Shown: positions 34,372 through 47,224 of the stretch, piece by piece | Layout of the letters: every line of letters begins with the position of its first letter | How positions within the stretch are numbered: the first letter of the stretch is position 1 | Assembly (NCBI GenBank): GCA_964019425.1 | Contig: OZ025784.1 | Coordinates: 248,001-312,000 of the forward strand | Direction: 5' to 3' | Source of the DNA: Flectonema sp. DT1601 | Taxonomy: Eukaryota | DNA: 64,000 nt | Program-made: the position numbers and the translations under genes | Notes under the pieces: model-generated | The model's database searches: none | What the model saw: the letters and a program-made list of their open reading frames with translations, nothing else | Told to the model about the DNA's origin: nothing

Positions 34372-35307
34372 ATGGGTTTTTTTGGTAGTTCGAAAAAGGC
34401 ACCTGCACCATCTGCTCCTCCAGCATCGAGAGCGTACCCAGCTGGAGGTGGTTATCCTCCTGTTCCAGCTCAGGCTTCAGGGTATCCACCAGTTCCAGCA
34501 CAGGCATCTGGGTATCCAGCACCGGTACAGGGTGGGTACCCACCTGCTGCTGCGGGAGGTTATCCTATCCAGCAACCAGGTCAGGGTGGTGGTGGTTATC
34601 CTCCACAGCAAGCTCCGATGGGTAATGCTGGTAGTTATCCTCCTGTGGCAGCTCAGGGATATCCGGGTCAGTTGCCCGCATTCTTTAATAGTATGAGATA
34701 CCATACAGAACGAGATTATGTTGTTATTGTTGATAAGTCGGGTTCGATGAATGCGAAAGACAGATGTTCAAAAACTGGAGCGACAAGACGACGATGGGAC
34801 AATGCTCGCAATGCTATCGAAGCAGTCGTGGCAAAGGCGTGTGAGCACGACGAGGATGGGATCACTCTCTTTTTATTTTCAGGTGATTTCGTTAAGTTCG
34901 ACAACGTAGATTCACCAAATCGAGTAATTGATATTTTCTCTCAAAATGGTCCAAAAGGAAGTACTAACTTGACTGGAGTGCTACACGCTGCTTTCACAGA
35001 TCATTTTAAAAAAGTTTCACAAAATGATAAAAAACCAACAACGATACTTGTAATCACTGACGGTCAACCTAATGACGAAGCCTCAGTAATAACAACTATC
35101 CAAAACGCCTCTAATGCCATAGCGAGAGATGAAGACCTGTCAATAACATTCATCCAAATAGGTGACGATCCTTATGCTGAAAAATTTCTAAAAAGACTTG
35201 ACGATGAACTCGATTGTAAATTCGACATAGTTGACACCCTAAAAGACGATCTCCTTCAAAGAGGACTTTCTTTTGAAGAATTAATTAGATTGTCTGTCAC
35301 TGATTAG
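34372..35307 (+). CDS. vWA-domain protein with an N-terminal GYPP-repeat low-complexity region
   Basis: MIDAS DKSGS, GST, ITDG, FIQIG; repeated GYPP/GYP; possible myristoylation start MGFFGS. Confidence 0.9.
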   Translation: MGFFGSSKKAPAPSAPPASRAYPAGGGYPPVPAQASGYPPVPAQASGYPAPVQGGYPPAAAGGYPIQQPGQGGGGYPPQQAPMGNAGSYPPVAAQGYPGQLPAFFNSMRYHTERDYVVIVDKSGSMNAKDRCSKTGATRRRWDNARNAIEAVVAKACEHDEDGITLFLFSGDFVKFDNVDSPNRVIDIFSQNGPKGSTNLTGVLHAAFTDHFKKVSQNDKKPTTILVITDGQPNDEASVITTIQNASNAIARDEDLSITFIQIGDDPYAEKFLKRLDDELDCKFDIVDTLKDDLLQRGLSFEELIRLSVTD

Positions 35308-35947
35308 TTCTATTTTTGAGTAATCTATTTTTTTTTGAAAAAATTTTTTTTTTCATATCTTGGGAATAAGGATGACCCCCTAACCACTCCCTTATACCGC
35401 CCTTGAAGTAGTTATGTGTTATAATTCTTGTTTGGATGTTTTTTATATATTGATTACCTAACAATCTTTTATGAAAAAAAAAAACACAGAAAAAAAAAAA
35501 AAAAAATCAGAGTCTGAATGCGTTTGTTTACTTTATTTTGGACTTATGAAAAAAAAAAAAAAAAAAAAAAAAAAACAGTAGTATTTTTTTTTGTATCTTG
35601 AATGAATTTTTTTAAAAAAAAAGAAAAAAGTTTTTTTTTCTCTCATTTGCATTCGCCCACTTCTATTTCCAATGATATGAAGTAGAGAGAGGATTATTAA
35701 TTGATGTCCTGCCGACTGATTTGAATCGATTTTTTCCCTTTCCTTTCTTTGTTTGTCTTGCTGCTTAATGTTATTTATTACGTGACTGTCGTTAACATGT
35801 TCCATAAAAAACAACAGGGAAAAAAAATAAAATAAAATGGGATGAGGCATTCCCTCCTAATGTCATTGGCATTACGGTATTATGAATTATATATTTCTTC
35901 AACAGCTTTTTCTTATCAAAAAAAAAAAAAAAAACTTTAATAACAAA

Positions 35948-36511
35948 ATGCCTGAGGACAATGACTACAACAAAATCACAAAGGCCACTTCAAGCACTGC
36001 TATATCAACGAATTCCAGTAAGGTTCGAGTTACAAGTGACCAGCAAGTAATGAATCGACGTCCATTTGGACATGTTTTGAAGCATTCCGTATATTTTTTG
36101 GGACTGTGGTTGTATATGTTATTGGCAGTCTGCATACCTTACGGAAAGAACGCTGAATACGTATCTGATCAGCTCCACACTTCAGCTTACTACATGATAT
36201 CATCAGGTTCTGGTGTCTTGCAGGGATGTTCTTTGTTCTTTGTAATCCACGGTTGTATCGGACCTCACAGAGGAAAAATACTCGGATACATGTTCATCGC
36301 AATGTACCTCTTAGGTGGTATTCTGTTGATCATAGGTCGTGGTATCGCAACAAGTTTCTTCTGGAGTTGCAAAAGCGATCATAAATGTAAATATGATGGT
36401 AGTGAAGCTGCATTCAGAACTATGAGTATCGGATTTTTATGTGGAGAAGTGAGTTTTACGGTGATGGGAATGTTGCTGGCTCTTCCAGACTATGGACTTA
36501 TGCATTATTAA
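35948..36511 (+). CDS. Small multi-pass (about 4 TM) membrane protein, 187 aa
   Basis: Four hydrophobic segments; the ATG after the A-tract is preferred over the ORF-track start at 35882. Confidence 0.75.
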   Translation: MPEDNDYNKITKATSSTAISTNSSKVRVTSDQQVMNRRPFGHVLKHSVYFLGLWLYMLLAVCIPYGKNAEYVSDQLHTSAYYMISSGSGVLQGCSLFFVIHGCIGPHRGKILGYMFIAMYLLGGILLIIGRGIATSFFWSCKSDHKCKYDGSEAAFRTMSIGFLCGEVSFTVMGMLLALPDYGLMHY

Positions 36512-36531
36512 TTGGTTCTTTTTAAATTTTT

Positions 36532-36565
<34 letters not shown>

Positions 36566-39500
36566 AATTATTTTTAGATAACGTAGAAAAGGGCACTGAA
36601 AAAAAAAAAAAAGAAAACGCACATTAAGAATATGATGTTGGGACCCTTAGCACAATATTTTTTATCTAACTCTCACTGTTGGTTCTTGTGAAGCACAGGT
36701 TATCTATGCTTATGTTTGTCTCCTTTCTTCCTTTGAAGTACTTTTTTTTTTTTTTTTTTTTTTTTCATCTTATTTCCTTTGTACGTGAAAGAGGAGATCA
36801 CAAAACCACGTGAACTTGAATAGTTAAATAATCAACCAAAAATATATCGTTGAAACAAAAAAAACATAGGGGGGAATCCTGACTGGAGTCACTTTCTGTG
36901 TCTCATCTTCCTACAAAAGATGTCTTTTGTTTCATTTGCACTTGAGTTTAGAATTTTTTTTTTTTCCCTTACAAAAAAAAAAAAAAAAAAAAAATCGAAA
37001 ATAGAAAATAGAAAAAAAATACATAATAGACAATTTTGGTTAAAAAAAATATTTTTCTTGATTAAAAAAAAAAATAAAATTTAGAAAAAATTTCATCACC
37101 AATAACAACAAATAACATTTGATAACTGAAAAAGAGCCCTATCGGAGATTTCTTCAACAGTTTGCTCGTACTTTCTTTTTTACGATTTCAATTTAATTCT
37201 TCATTACCCTGGTCCTTACACAATCCAACATAATGGTATTGTTTGGTTAAATTTTAAGGAACCATGTTCGCTGCATGATTCATTCGCCCCCTTTTTTTTT
37301 TTTTTAAAAAACAACGTTTATATTGTTCTTAAAAGGTAACTATGGCATCGCTTGAATTTTGAAAGGTGTTATAAAAAAAAACTAGTGTTTTCGGTTATGG
37401 TGAACGATTTTTTTTTTTTTTTTTCCCCTTTTTTTTTCTTTTTGCTGAACAGGTTTTTAGCGTCCAAAAAAAAAAAAAAACAAGAAAAGACTACAGACTG
37501 GGCTGTGACGGTTATATTTGATATGGCATTTCGAAACTCTTGCTGTTCTTTTTGTGTGTATTCTTTTGTGTTTTTTGGGTAATTTCGGATACTTATGTTT
37601 GCCCTGGGTTTCGCAATCTCTGTGGTGTAGAAGTAGGGAAAAAAAAGAACGAACAAAAAAAAAAAAAAAAAAAGAATACGATACAACAAATCGTTTATAC
37701 TCTCGTTCTTCGAAGAGTTGTTGTAGCCTTGCCATTGGCCACCGTGATATGATGTGCTGTGCGTTCTTGTTTCCTCTCTCTCAAATTTCATATTTTCATA
37801 TTTTCATATTTTCATTTTTTTTTTTTTTTTTGCGGTTCGGTTTTCAACGTCTGCTCAGAATAAAAAAAAAGTAACCTTATCTCTTGCTCTTCTACTGTCT
37901 TTTTTTCGCGGACACCTCTCTCTCTCTCTCTCTCTCTTTCCCGTTGTTCCCTTTGTAGGAAGACTCTGGTTTTGGTGTTACTTTTTACCATAACTCTGAA
38001 CTTACTCTCTGTTTGTGGGAAAAAATAATAATAATATTTATATACAGTATTCTTATTCTATTGTGAGTGTTTCGACGCTTTCTTGATTTTTTTTTTTTGA
38101 ATTGCAATAACAATTAAAAACAAAAAAAAAAACATTCCTTCATAAAGGGAAAAAAAAAAAAAATACGAAAAAAATCATGATTGCAGGCATTCTACATCCT
38201 TTTTCCAGCCGCCTTCGGCACGCGTAAGAGCGAGTCAATAACAGGAGGTTTAGAAGTGGTACCAAAATCACTGTCAGTCGTCGTCTTTCAATTTTTTCGA
38301 TTTCAATATTTGTTTTTTCCAATCTGACTATGTTAGTATTATATTTTTGTTTGAATATTCGACGCATCCGATTTCTTTCGAATTTTTCGATGAAATATAC
38401 ATAATTCGTAGTTTTTAAAAAAAAAAAAAAAAAAAAAAAGTTAGTTCAGATTGCAGACAGGATCCTGTCGCGGTTTTCAAATCTAAATAATTTCTTCTCC
38501 GACGAAAAAAGAAAAATGGTCGCACTACTTGCAGGTACAGCTAAAAGCGTTCCCCTTTTTTAGCAACGATCATCTGTTCTATCTATCGGTTTGTTGTTAT
38601 ATTTCTGTTGTTTTTTTTCCATACATCTTTCTGCTCCCTCCATCAGTTGGCACGCATGTAGTGTTTATGTTTGCTGTGCGACATTTAAAAAAAAAGGCCA
38701 AAACAACACAAATAGTTTTCAGAACAGAGGTGTTTTATCAGAAAATTCCATGACTGTAAACCGTCCAGTTCGAACCTGGGTGGGGATGTGAGCACGGTAT
38801 AAGCCATGTTCGCATCTCGATGCGTCCCATTTTTTAATTTTGTAATAAACGCCCCTCTCCATTCTGAAACTATTTTGTGTAGTAAATGCCTTAGTTTGTT
38901 TGCCAAAAAAAAAAATTAAAAAAATTAATAATTAACAATTTGGAAGATGATAAAAAACTTCATTCATGCTACCAATTGAAAACAAAATAATTTTTTTTTT
39001 TTTTTTTCCCCCCCCTTGAAATAACAAAAAAATATTGTAAAAAGAGTCCCAGATAAATAGATTTCACGTTATTTTTCGTGTGCTAATTAAGACATTGAAC
39101 TCAGTCTCTTTTCTTTGTTTTTTTTTTGTTTTTTTCTCCTCTGTTCATGTGGACATAACTACCTTAATTTATTTAAAGTGAGTGCTCCGCTAGTAGTGTG
39201 CTACGAACTAGCAATTGTTGCTAACAACCTTTTTTTTATGAAGATTGTTTATTTCTTGACGAGACTATAGGCGAAACCTACACTCTGCCGTATTACATTA
39301 TACCTCTGGTTTTGGTTTCTCAGGGCTCACGATTAATTCAAAATTGAATAACTCGATTCCATACTGCAATGAATGACAACACGGAAAAAGAGACATGTAT
39401 GCAAATAAGTTAGAAACATTTATTATAATGTAGAGCATGTACGTCAATTGCAGAGTGTTAGCCTGTATTAACATTTTAGTCACTTGTGTCATGAGTTTTT

Positions 39501-39973
39501 TAATTTTATTATTGAGTTCTAATACAATACAAGAGATTTATATTCGTATGAACCTAATCAAACAGTCTTTCCCTGTTCATTCTTCTGTTCAATTTATTCC
39601 TTTATGTATTTTCAACCTTAGACAACAATCGGAAAACTGACTATGACATACTGTGTTGAGGACGCCCCCAGTCAGCCTAAGCTGTACCACAACAGTACTA
39701 AATAAGATTGGGGTGCTGTCCCTCATGGCTTTCTCTTATCGTATCAGCAATGCACGGTATGTCAATGTGGTGAACTTTCTTGTCTATATCCATTCGCATC
39801 ACCTTTTTATTTTTTGCTTCGACATCGTCGGAGAAGAAAAAAAAAAACTATTTAGATGAAGAGCCGTTTATTTTTGTTTTGTTAAAAAAAAAAAATTTTT
39901 AGAAATCAAAATTTTTTTTTCTCCCTGTAAAAGGCTAAGTTAAGCATCACCATAGTCACTGTATCCTTAACCG

Positions 39974-40044
39974 ATGTTAAACCATCGCTATGTTAACGTG
40001 ATACAAAACAGTTGTATTTTACAAATTCAAACATTCAATCCCCC
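39974..40044 (+). repeat. Truncated copy of the hairpin element at 61150-61235
   Basis: tgttaaaccatcgctatgttaacgtgatacaaaacagttgtattttacaaattcaaacattcaatcccc matches 61167-61237. Confidence 0.8.
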
Positions 40045-41326
40045 TTTTCTCTGCTCCCTCCTAGGATACAAAAGATACATATTTTCCTCTTCCTTTTCTT
40101 TAATTATTACTATTATTATTATTATTTATTATTTTCTTTTTTGAAGTTATAAAAATCAAACCAACTGTAAAATTGGTCCTGACTATGATTTTTCTTTTTA
40201 TTTATAAAGCCGCTATCAGTTTCCTTAATATTATTGCTCTCTTCTTTACATCCCTTCTTTGCTTATGGGAGAGAACCGATCCAAGTTGTAAGGAATTGGT
40301 GTCACTGTCATGAGGGAAAGAAGAAGAAGAGGAAGACGAAATAATTTCCTTTCATTTCGCAGTATTTTGTTTCAATAGGATTTTTTTTTTTTTGCATCCA
40401 CACTTTTTGTATGGTAGGAAATATGATTGACCCGATAGATCACAGTTCACAATTCCGTTCTCCGTTTTGCCCTCCGTGTTTTTCTCCCTTTTCCTTTTCC
40501 CTAGTTGCGTCGCTGAAACTAAACCAAACCAACTTCTTACTTTTAGGTTAAATCGGTCTCAGCGACTGCGAAAAAGCAAAAAAAAAAAAAAAAAAATTGG
40601 TGGAAAAATTCTTTAACCCCATTATACTTCACCCCTCAGGAATTACCGAACAAGATCAAGGCTCAATCATATTTTTTTTTTTTTTTTTTTTTTGTGTATC
40701 CATCCCTATTGTGTTAAAAAAAAAAATTGGTGGAAACTATAAAACGATATTCTCCGGATTCATTTTAATCACCTAACTCTGATAGACTACTATTTTTTTT
40801 TTCTCTCTCTGGTCTTTTTTTTTATTATTTTTTTTCATCAGAGCAAAGGACATAACGGGCGAGCGAGAAAAAGAAAATGAAAGAACAGCAGCTTGCCTTG
40901 TTGTCTTTTTGTTCATAAAAAAAACTTGATCTTTTTTTTTGTGGGAGGGGGGGGAAAAAAAAATATACGAAGAAACAAAAAAAACAACAACAACAACAAC
41001 AACACATACCTAACAGATCTTACCAACGTGTGTTACCTTCGAGTGTTGTTTATCTTTTTGCTGCAGTTTGCTTGTGAGAGGAAAATATTTTTTTGCTTCG
41101 AAGTGATTTTATTTTTTCTTTTTTCTGACGATAGTTGGATTCCATCTCGACAAAGGAGAGATTCTTATTTTTTTTTCCTCGTCAAAAACATTTTGAATAT
41201 TTTAAATAAAACAACAAGTATGATGAAACATCTGTTTTTTTTATTTTTTTTTTTTAAAAGTTTTTTAAATTTCAAAATTATTTAATCTGAATATAGGAAA
41301 CATTACAAAAAAAAAAAATAATAATA

Positions 41327-42460
41327 ATGGGAGGCGATCAAAAACGAAAAAAACAAAAAAAATCATCTAAGAAAAGAGAACCACCAAAAATGTTTGATAG
41401 CAGACCTGATGATGATGAACTTAAATGGGTGTCCTCAACAAAAATTGAAGGGGAAGACGAGCAGTATAAATCACCACTCAGAGAAGGTCTGACAGTTGAT
41501 CAACAAACACAGTACTCAATATTACGTAGGAAGGGTGGTTGGTTAGAAGTAAGAGATGAAGTTGATAACGGAGTCTTCTATGTTGAAACTCAAACGATGA
41601 AGACGACTTGGAATGTAAACAACACTCCTTTTGAACCACCAAAGAAATCAATAAACGCATTGACAAAAACTCTACGAGAATGTAAAATGGATCGTTGGAA
41701 AATTTTACTTGGAGAGCAACCAGAAGCGACGTCGCCTCCGATAACTTCAAGACCGTATCCGACGTCACCTTTGACACCCATAACACCTCAGGGGATGATA
41801 AGTTCTTTTACGAAAGGTCAATCATTCAGACTCGGAATAGCGAATGGGCTTAGCTGTCCTTACACTGGAAACACCTATCCGTTCGAAGACTATCTCAGCC
41901 TCGCGAAAATAAGAAAAATTGAAGTAAAAAAACTACTAAAACACTACGGAGTCCCTGACGAATACGTCTACATCACTGAACCAGAAGTATCTTACTTAGA
42001 GAGACAACCTTACAATGAGATAAGCAGGACGTGTTTTAAGACGCTACTAACAAGTGCGTTGCGATGGGCGAGAGGGAATGACGGAGATCGGGCAGCGAAG
42101 ACTCTCGACAACAGACTTCAAAAGTTATTTTTAGAACTGAAATACGAAGCTGATTCACTTCATTCAAGTGTTAACACTTGTAGAGGATCACCTTTGAGAA
42201 CATTTGAGGGAAGTATAAAGAAATGTTTGAATTCTAATCCAATTATAACAATTGGAACTAAAGTTATCCCACATCCTGAAAATTGGAATTGGGGATCTCA
42301 AGAACATGGTCACTGCTATGGAACAGTTGTTGAGGTACACGTCCTCACTGGATGGGTTGAAATTAGATGGTCAGCGACGGGCATATTAGGAATGCACAAA
42401 TGGCCTGAAGAACTTCAATATTACACCGAACCTGGTAATCGGCTTTCTAAAAACGAATAG
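41327..42460 (+). CDS. Protein with a WW-like domain and a C-terminal MIB/HERC2-like domain
   Basis: GWLEVRD..GVFYVETQTMKTTW..P; IGTKV..NWNWGSQ..GTVVEV..WVEIRW..G. Confidence 0.75.
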   Translation: MGGDQKRKKQKKSSKKREPPKMFDSRPDDDELKWVSSTKIEGEDEQYKSPLREGLTVDQQTQYSILRRKGGWLEVRDEVDNGVFYVETQTMKTTWNVNNTPFEPPKKSINALTKTLRECKMDRWKILLGEQPEATSPPITSRPYPTSPLTPITPQGMISSFTKGQSFRLGIANGLSCPYTGNTYPFEDYLSLAKIRKIEVKKLLKHYGVPDEYVYITEPEVSYLERQPYNEISRTCFKTLLTSALRWARGNDGDRAAKTLDNRLQKLFLELKYEADSLHSSVNTCRGSPLRTFEGSIKKCLNSNPIITIGTKVIPHPENWNWGSQEHGHCYGTVVEVHVLTGWVEIRWSATGILGMHKWPEELQYYTEPGNRLSKNE

Positions 42461-43170
42461 TCACTTCAACACACGGTATGGTCGACCCGCAATAGGTCTC
42501 CTGAAAAGGATTGAAAATCTGTACGTGAAGTGATGTTGTCTGACAAATCTTACACAGCAAACATGCGCACCTTGTATCTTTCCGCGCAGCGCATTCTTTT
42601 TTATCTTCGCACTCGATAACCCACAACCTGTACCCTTAACTGATGTCAAGATGTCGTTTGCTTCGTTAGTGGGGTTCGATATATTTCTAATAAAACCCCA
42701 AAGGGGGTGAGACAAGATGAACAAAACAAACAAGTTCTTCCTTATGTTGTTTTTTATTTTTATTTTTATTTTTATTTTTTTTTTGTAGCTTCTGTTTTTT
42801 TTTTTTTTTTTTTTTTTTGTTTCGTCTTTTTATAGCTGCGTTGTTTTATAACAAAACTCACATTATATTCAAACCAAATGGTAACATAATTAACCATGTT
42901 GACGTGGTCTCTTTACTGAGGACAGACTCCTTACTTTCTTCACTGAGAGAACTGGTTAGAGTCGGCTATCAAAGTTCGATTTGATTCGGTTGTTGTTGTT
43001 GTTGTTTTTTTCTTTCTTATTTCGCTTCTTAAGAATTATTATTTATAAATATCACAAAGTTACCAACCACGCGATGAAATAGTCTTACCCGAGCAGCCGT
43101 GTAGTTGATGACTGGGGGAGTTGTTTATTAATTTATATTTCCCCTCTGATAGTATTCTTACCGAACTAAG

Positions 43171-45423
43171 ATGTCCGGATGGGGTGAATCTGCAGGAGGA
43201 GGTGGAGGAGGAGGTGCTGGTGGTGGTGCTAAGGGAGTAGCAGCACCAGTCCAACAACCAACTCAGGGAGGAGTTGCATGGGGTGACGCCCCCACTATTG
43301 CCGGAGGTGGTGGAGCCGGTCCTGTCGGAGGTGCTGGAGGTGGCTGGGGATCAGCTGGAGGAGGTGGTTCCGCTGGTGCAGGTGGAGGATTCCAGGCACC
43401 AGTTGCTGACAACAACACTCAGCAAGCACCACCACCAGCTGGCGGTAGCTGGCAGCAGGGAGGAGGTGCCGGTGGCAACGCCGGATGGCAAGGTGGTGGT
43501 GGCGGCGGCAACCAGGCAGCTGGTGGCAGCTGGCAGGGAGGAGGTGGAGGCAAGGGAGGAGGCTTCCAACAGGCAGGAAACCAGTGGGGTGGTGGTGGTG
43601 GAGGAGGTGGAGGTGGAGGAAATGCCAACTGGGGAGGTGGCGGCGGCGGTGCCGGTGGTGGAGGCAACTGGGGAGGAGGTGGCAATGATTACAACGGCGG
43701 TGGTGCCGGAGGTGCTGCCTGGGGAGGTGGCGGTGGATGGGGTGGTGGCGGAGGCTGGCAGGGAGGTGGCAAGGGTGGTGCTGATCGCATGAGCGCCCTT
43801 GGAAGAGGTCTTCATCAAGTTAACTGGCAACAGGAGCAGCTCGCCAACGTTACAAAGAACACTTACGAGCCGAGCCCAGTCACTACTGAGAGAGACGCTG
43901 GTGACATTCAAGCCTGGAGAGACGCTAACGGTATCAATGTCACCCCAGCACGGACTGGAGAACCAATCCCGAACCCTGTCTTGACCTTCGACGAGGCGAG
44001 CTTCCCTCAGCTCATTTCTGGTGTTTTCAAGAGAAGTGGGTTCGTTGAGCCAACTCCAATCCAAGCCCAGTCATGGCCAATTGCTCTTTCGGGAAGCAAC
44101 TTAGTTGGTATCGCAAAGACCGGTTCTGGAAAGACACTTTCATTCGCTGTGCCAGCCGTTATGCACATGATGCAGCAACCACCATTGAACCACGGTGATG
44201 GACCAATCGCTTTGTTTATCGCTCCAACTAGAGAGTTGGCTGTTCAGATTGATGATGAAACGAGAAAGGTTGTCAGCGGAAGCTACAGAACCGCCTGTGT
44301 GTACGGTGGAGCAATGAAGGGACCACAGATTCGTGACCTTCGTGGAGCTCACATTGTTATTGCTACTCCAGGAAGAATGATTGACTTCCTTGAGGGAGGA
44401 CAGACCAACTTAAAGCGCGCGACATACGTCGTCCTTGACGAGGCAGACAGAATGCTCGACATGGGATTTGAACCACAGATCACCTCCATCTTGAGCCAGG
44501 TTCGTCCTGACCGTCAGACTCTCATGTTCTCCGCCACATGGCCAAAGGAAGTTCGTCAGTTGGCTCAGCAGTTCCTTGAGGACTGGGTTCAGATCAACGT
44601 TGGGTACACTGACATTGCTGCCAACGCTGATGTCCGTCAGCACATTTGGTTCGTTGAAGAAGGTGAGAAGAAGAAGGAACTTCTCGATCTTTTGCAGCAG
44701 GTAAGAGGAACTGTCAACAAGGTTCTTATCTTCTGCCAAACAAAGAGAGGAGTTGAATCTCTGGCTCAGTACCTTCAGGAGTTTGGTGTTCGTGCCTTAA
44801 CTATTCACGGAGACAAAACCCAACAACAGAGAGATCATGCTCTTCACACCTTCCGTCAGGCAAAGGACGCCATCCTTATCGCTACTGATGTTGCCCAACG
44901 TGGTCTTGACATTAGAGATCTTCCTGCTGTAATTAACTACGACTTCCCAGACCAGGTTTGTTCATAAAAAAACTTCGCATTACAAAATTAAATCAAATAA
45001 TTCTATTACAATATTAACTCACAACACAGCTCGAGGACTACGTCCACAGAATTGGAAGAACCGGCCGTGCTGGTGACATCGGAGACGCCTACAGTTTCTT
45101 CACCCCACAGAATGCTCCACTTGCAGCAGACCTTCTTGATGTATGTTTTTTTTGTTCTTCTAAGTTCCGTCCATTCAGAAAAAGTGTGAAATAAATAAAA
45201 AAACCCACTTAAAATAACAACACAGGTTTTGGAGAAGGCCGGTCAACCGATTGACAACTTCCTCCGTCAGGTAGCATCGCAGTGCAACACCAACAGCGGA
45301 AGAAATAACAACAGGAGATACGGAGGCTACCGTGGAGGTGGTGGCGGAGGAGGAGGAGGAGGTGGAGGTGGTGGTAACTACGGAGGAAGAGGTCGCTTCC
45401 AGCAGAACCGCAGACGTTGGTAA
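43171..45423 (+). CDS. DBP2: DEAD-box RNA helicase, DBP2/p68 (DDX5/17) family, 697 aa, 3 exons (43171-44955, 45030-45140, 45226-45423)
   Basis: [43 protein letters not shown]; motif [10 protein letters not shown] is restored by GT-AG introns 44956-45029 and 45141-45225. Confidence 0.93.
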
Positions 45424-46493
45424 AGGTTTCAATTATTTTATTAGGGGGAAAGCTAAGATAAGAACTAACCAAAAAAAAAAACAACAAACAAACAACAACA
45501 AAAAAAAAAAACATAAAAATCTGTAAAAGAACAGCAACCACATCACTATGATGTATTACCCCCTTTTTATTTGCCGGTCTTGACCACATTTTTTCCCGTA
45601 CACGATTTACTCCGGAAACAACAAAAAAGCTACTTCCATTTTGTCTGAGACAGTGAGTGTCTTTTCTTTCCACACAATGAAATAATAATAATAATAATTA
45701 AAAAAAAATGCTTCTTTTACTACGGTACTTTAGGAAGCCTAGTGACTAGAGGGCCCAGAGGCCCTCCATCTCATTAATTGCAACCTTGAGGGCAGATGTG
45801 ATCATGTTTGCCTTTGGATTTGTCTTCTGGCGGAAGCTCCAATCCAGGTTCGCAATTCGACAAGTGCTTGCTTGTGCACGGTTTTTACAAGGAATGGAGG
45901 GGAAAAAAAAAAATAAAAAAAAAAAAAATATAGAAGGTTGACGTATGTGTGAATAAGTTCCGTCGTCAGACTCTTTTTTTTTTACTATTTTTTTTTCTCT
46001 TATTAGGATTTGAAAAACAGAATTAAAAAAAAAACTGTTTGCGGATTACACGCAAATTTTTAGAGATTTTTTTAATTTTCATATTCTTTTTTGTTCTTTT
46101 TTTTTCTTTCTTTTTTTCCTAACCGAAAAAACAGCTCACTTGGTGTTTAAAAACAAAACAAGAAAGAGAGTTGTAGCGGCGTGGCACAGCTACTCTTTTC
46201 ATGTAAAGTACTGACTATTTCCTTAGCCATCTGTGAACCACCGTTGTGTGCGAGTCTCAAGCCTGAGGAAGATTCGTCTTTCTTTTTTTTTTTCCAACAG
46301 TTTTTTTTTTCTTATTTGGTTGTGCCCTTGAATTATTTGGTTATCTTTTTTTTTTGTTCAGCTGGGTGTTTTTTTTTTCTTTTTTTTTTTTCGTGTTTTG
46401 TTTTCTTCCTGGTTTTTATTAAAACTTGTTTTTTATATGTTTGGTTTATAGATTCCTTTTGTGGGAAATATAAGACTCTTTTTTTTCTAAAAT

Positions 46494-46532
<39 letters not shown>

Positions 46533-47155
46533 CCTCCGACTGGCTTATCGACAACGTTGTAAAAAATTATTGAGATTTTTCAACGATTTTTGCCTGCCTT
46601 GCGCGGGTCTTAGTGGTTTCAGGTTTGCCTGAGCCTCTTTTCCCCGATATTGCTATATTTTTAGCTGGAAAAAAAAAAAAAACAAGGCTTAACGGTTTTA
46701 TAAGATCGCTGTGGTTGTAACTGCAGGGAAGGGGGTGGTGGGGCCATCATCAATGATGTTAGGCAAATCTCTCATTTCTTTTAAAAATTCGACGAAAAAA
46801 AAAAATAATGGGTTTGTATCGATTCTTTTTTTTTCGTGGTGTCGTCCCTTTCTACCCCTCCCCTTACAGTAATAGGGCTAGTTAATAGCCTTCTCGTCCC
46901 TCTGAAGATACAGGTAAGTATAACATAACACCAGTTTCTTTCTGGTTTCCGTTTTTTTTTTTTTTTTTTTTGGTGCCATGTTGCTGTCATACACCCTACG
47001 TAAACAAGCAGCTCGTGTCACAAAAACGCAAAATTTGTTCAGTTCCTGTTACTTGTTGCCTTGCTGTAATTTTGTATTTTTGTACATTTTTTTTTTTTTT
47101 TGAAAAAAAAAAGAACGCAAATAAAAACTCTCCCACAATCTCCCCACAAAACTGC

Positions 47156-47224
<69 letters not shown>

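Noticed and set aside
36512..41326. Numerous F/K-rich short ORFs here and in 45424-49680 and 58900-62380
   Set aside because: Products of poly-A/poly-T tracts
43071..43150. C/D-box snoRNA upstream of DBP2 (cgatga..ccga..tgatga..ctga)
   Set aside because: Imperfect C box and no guide complementarity I could assign
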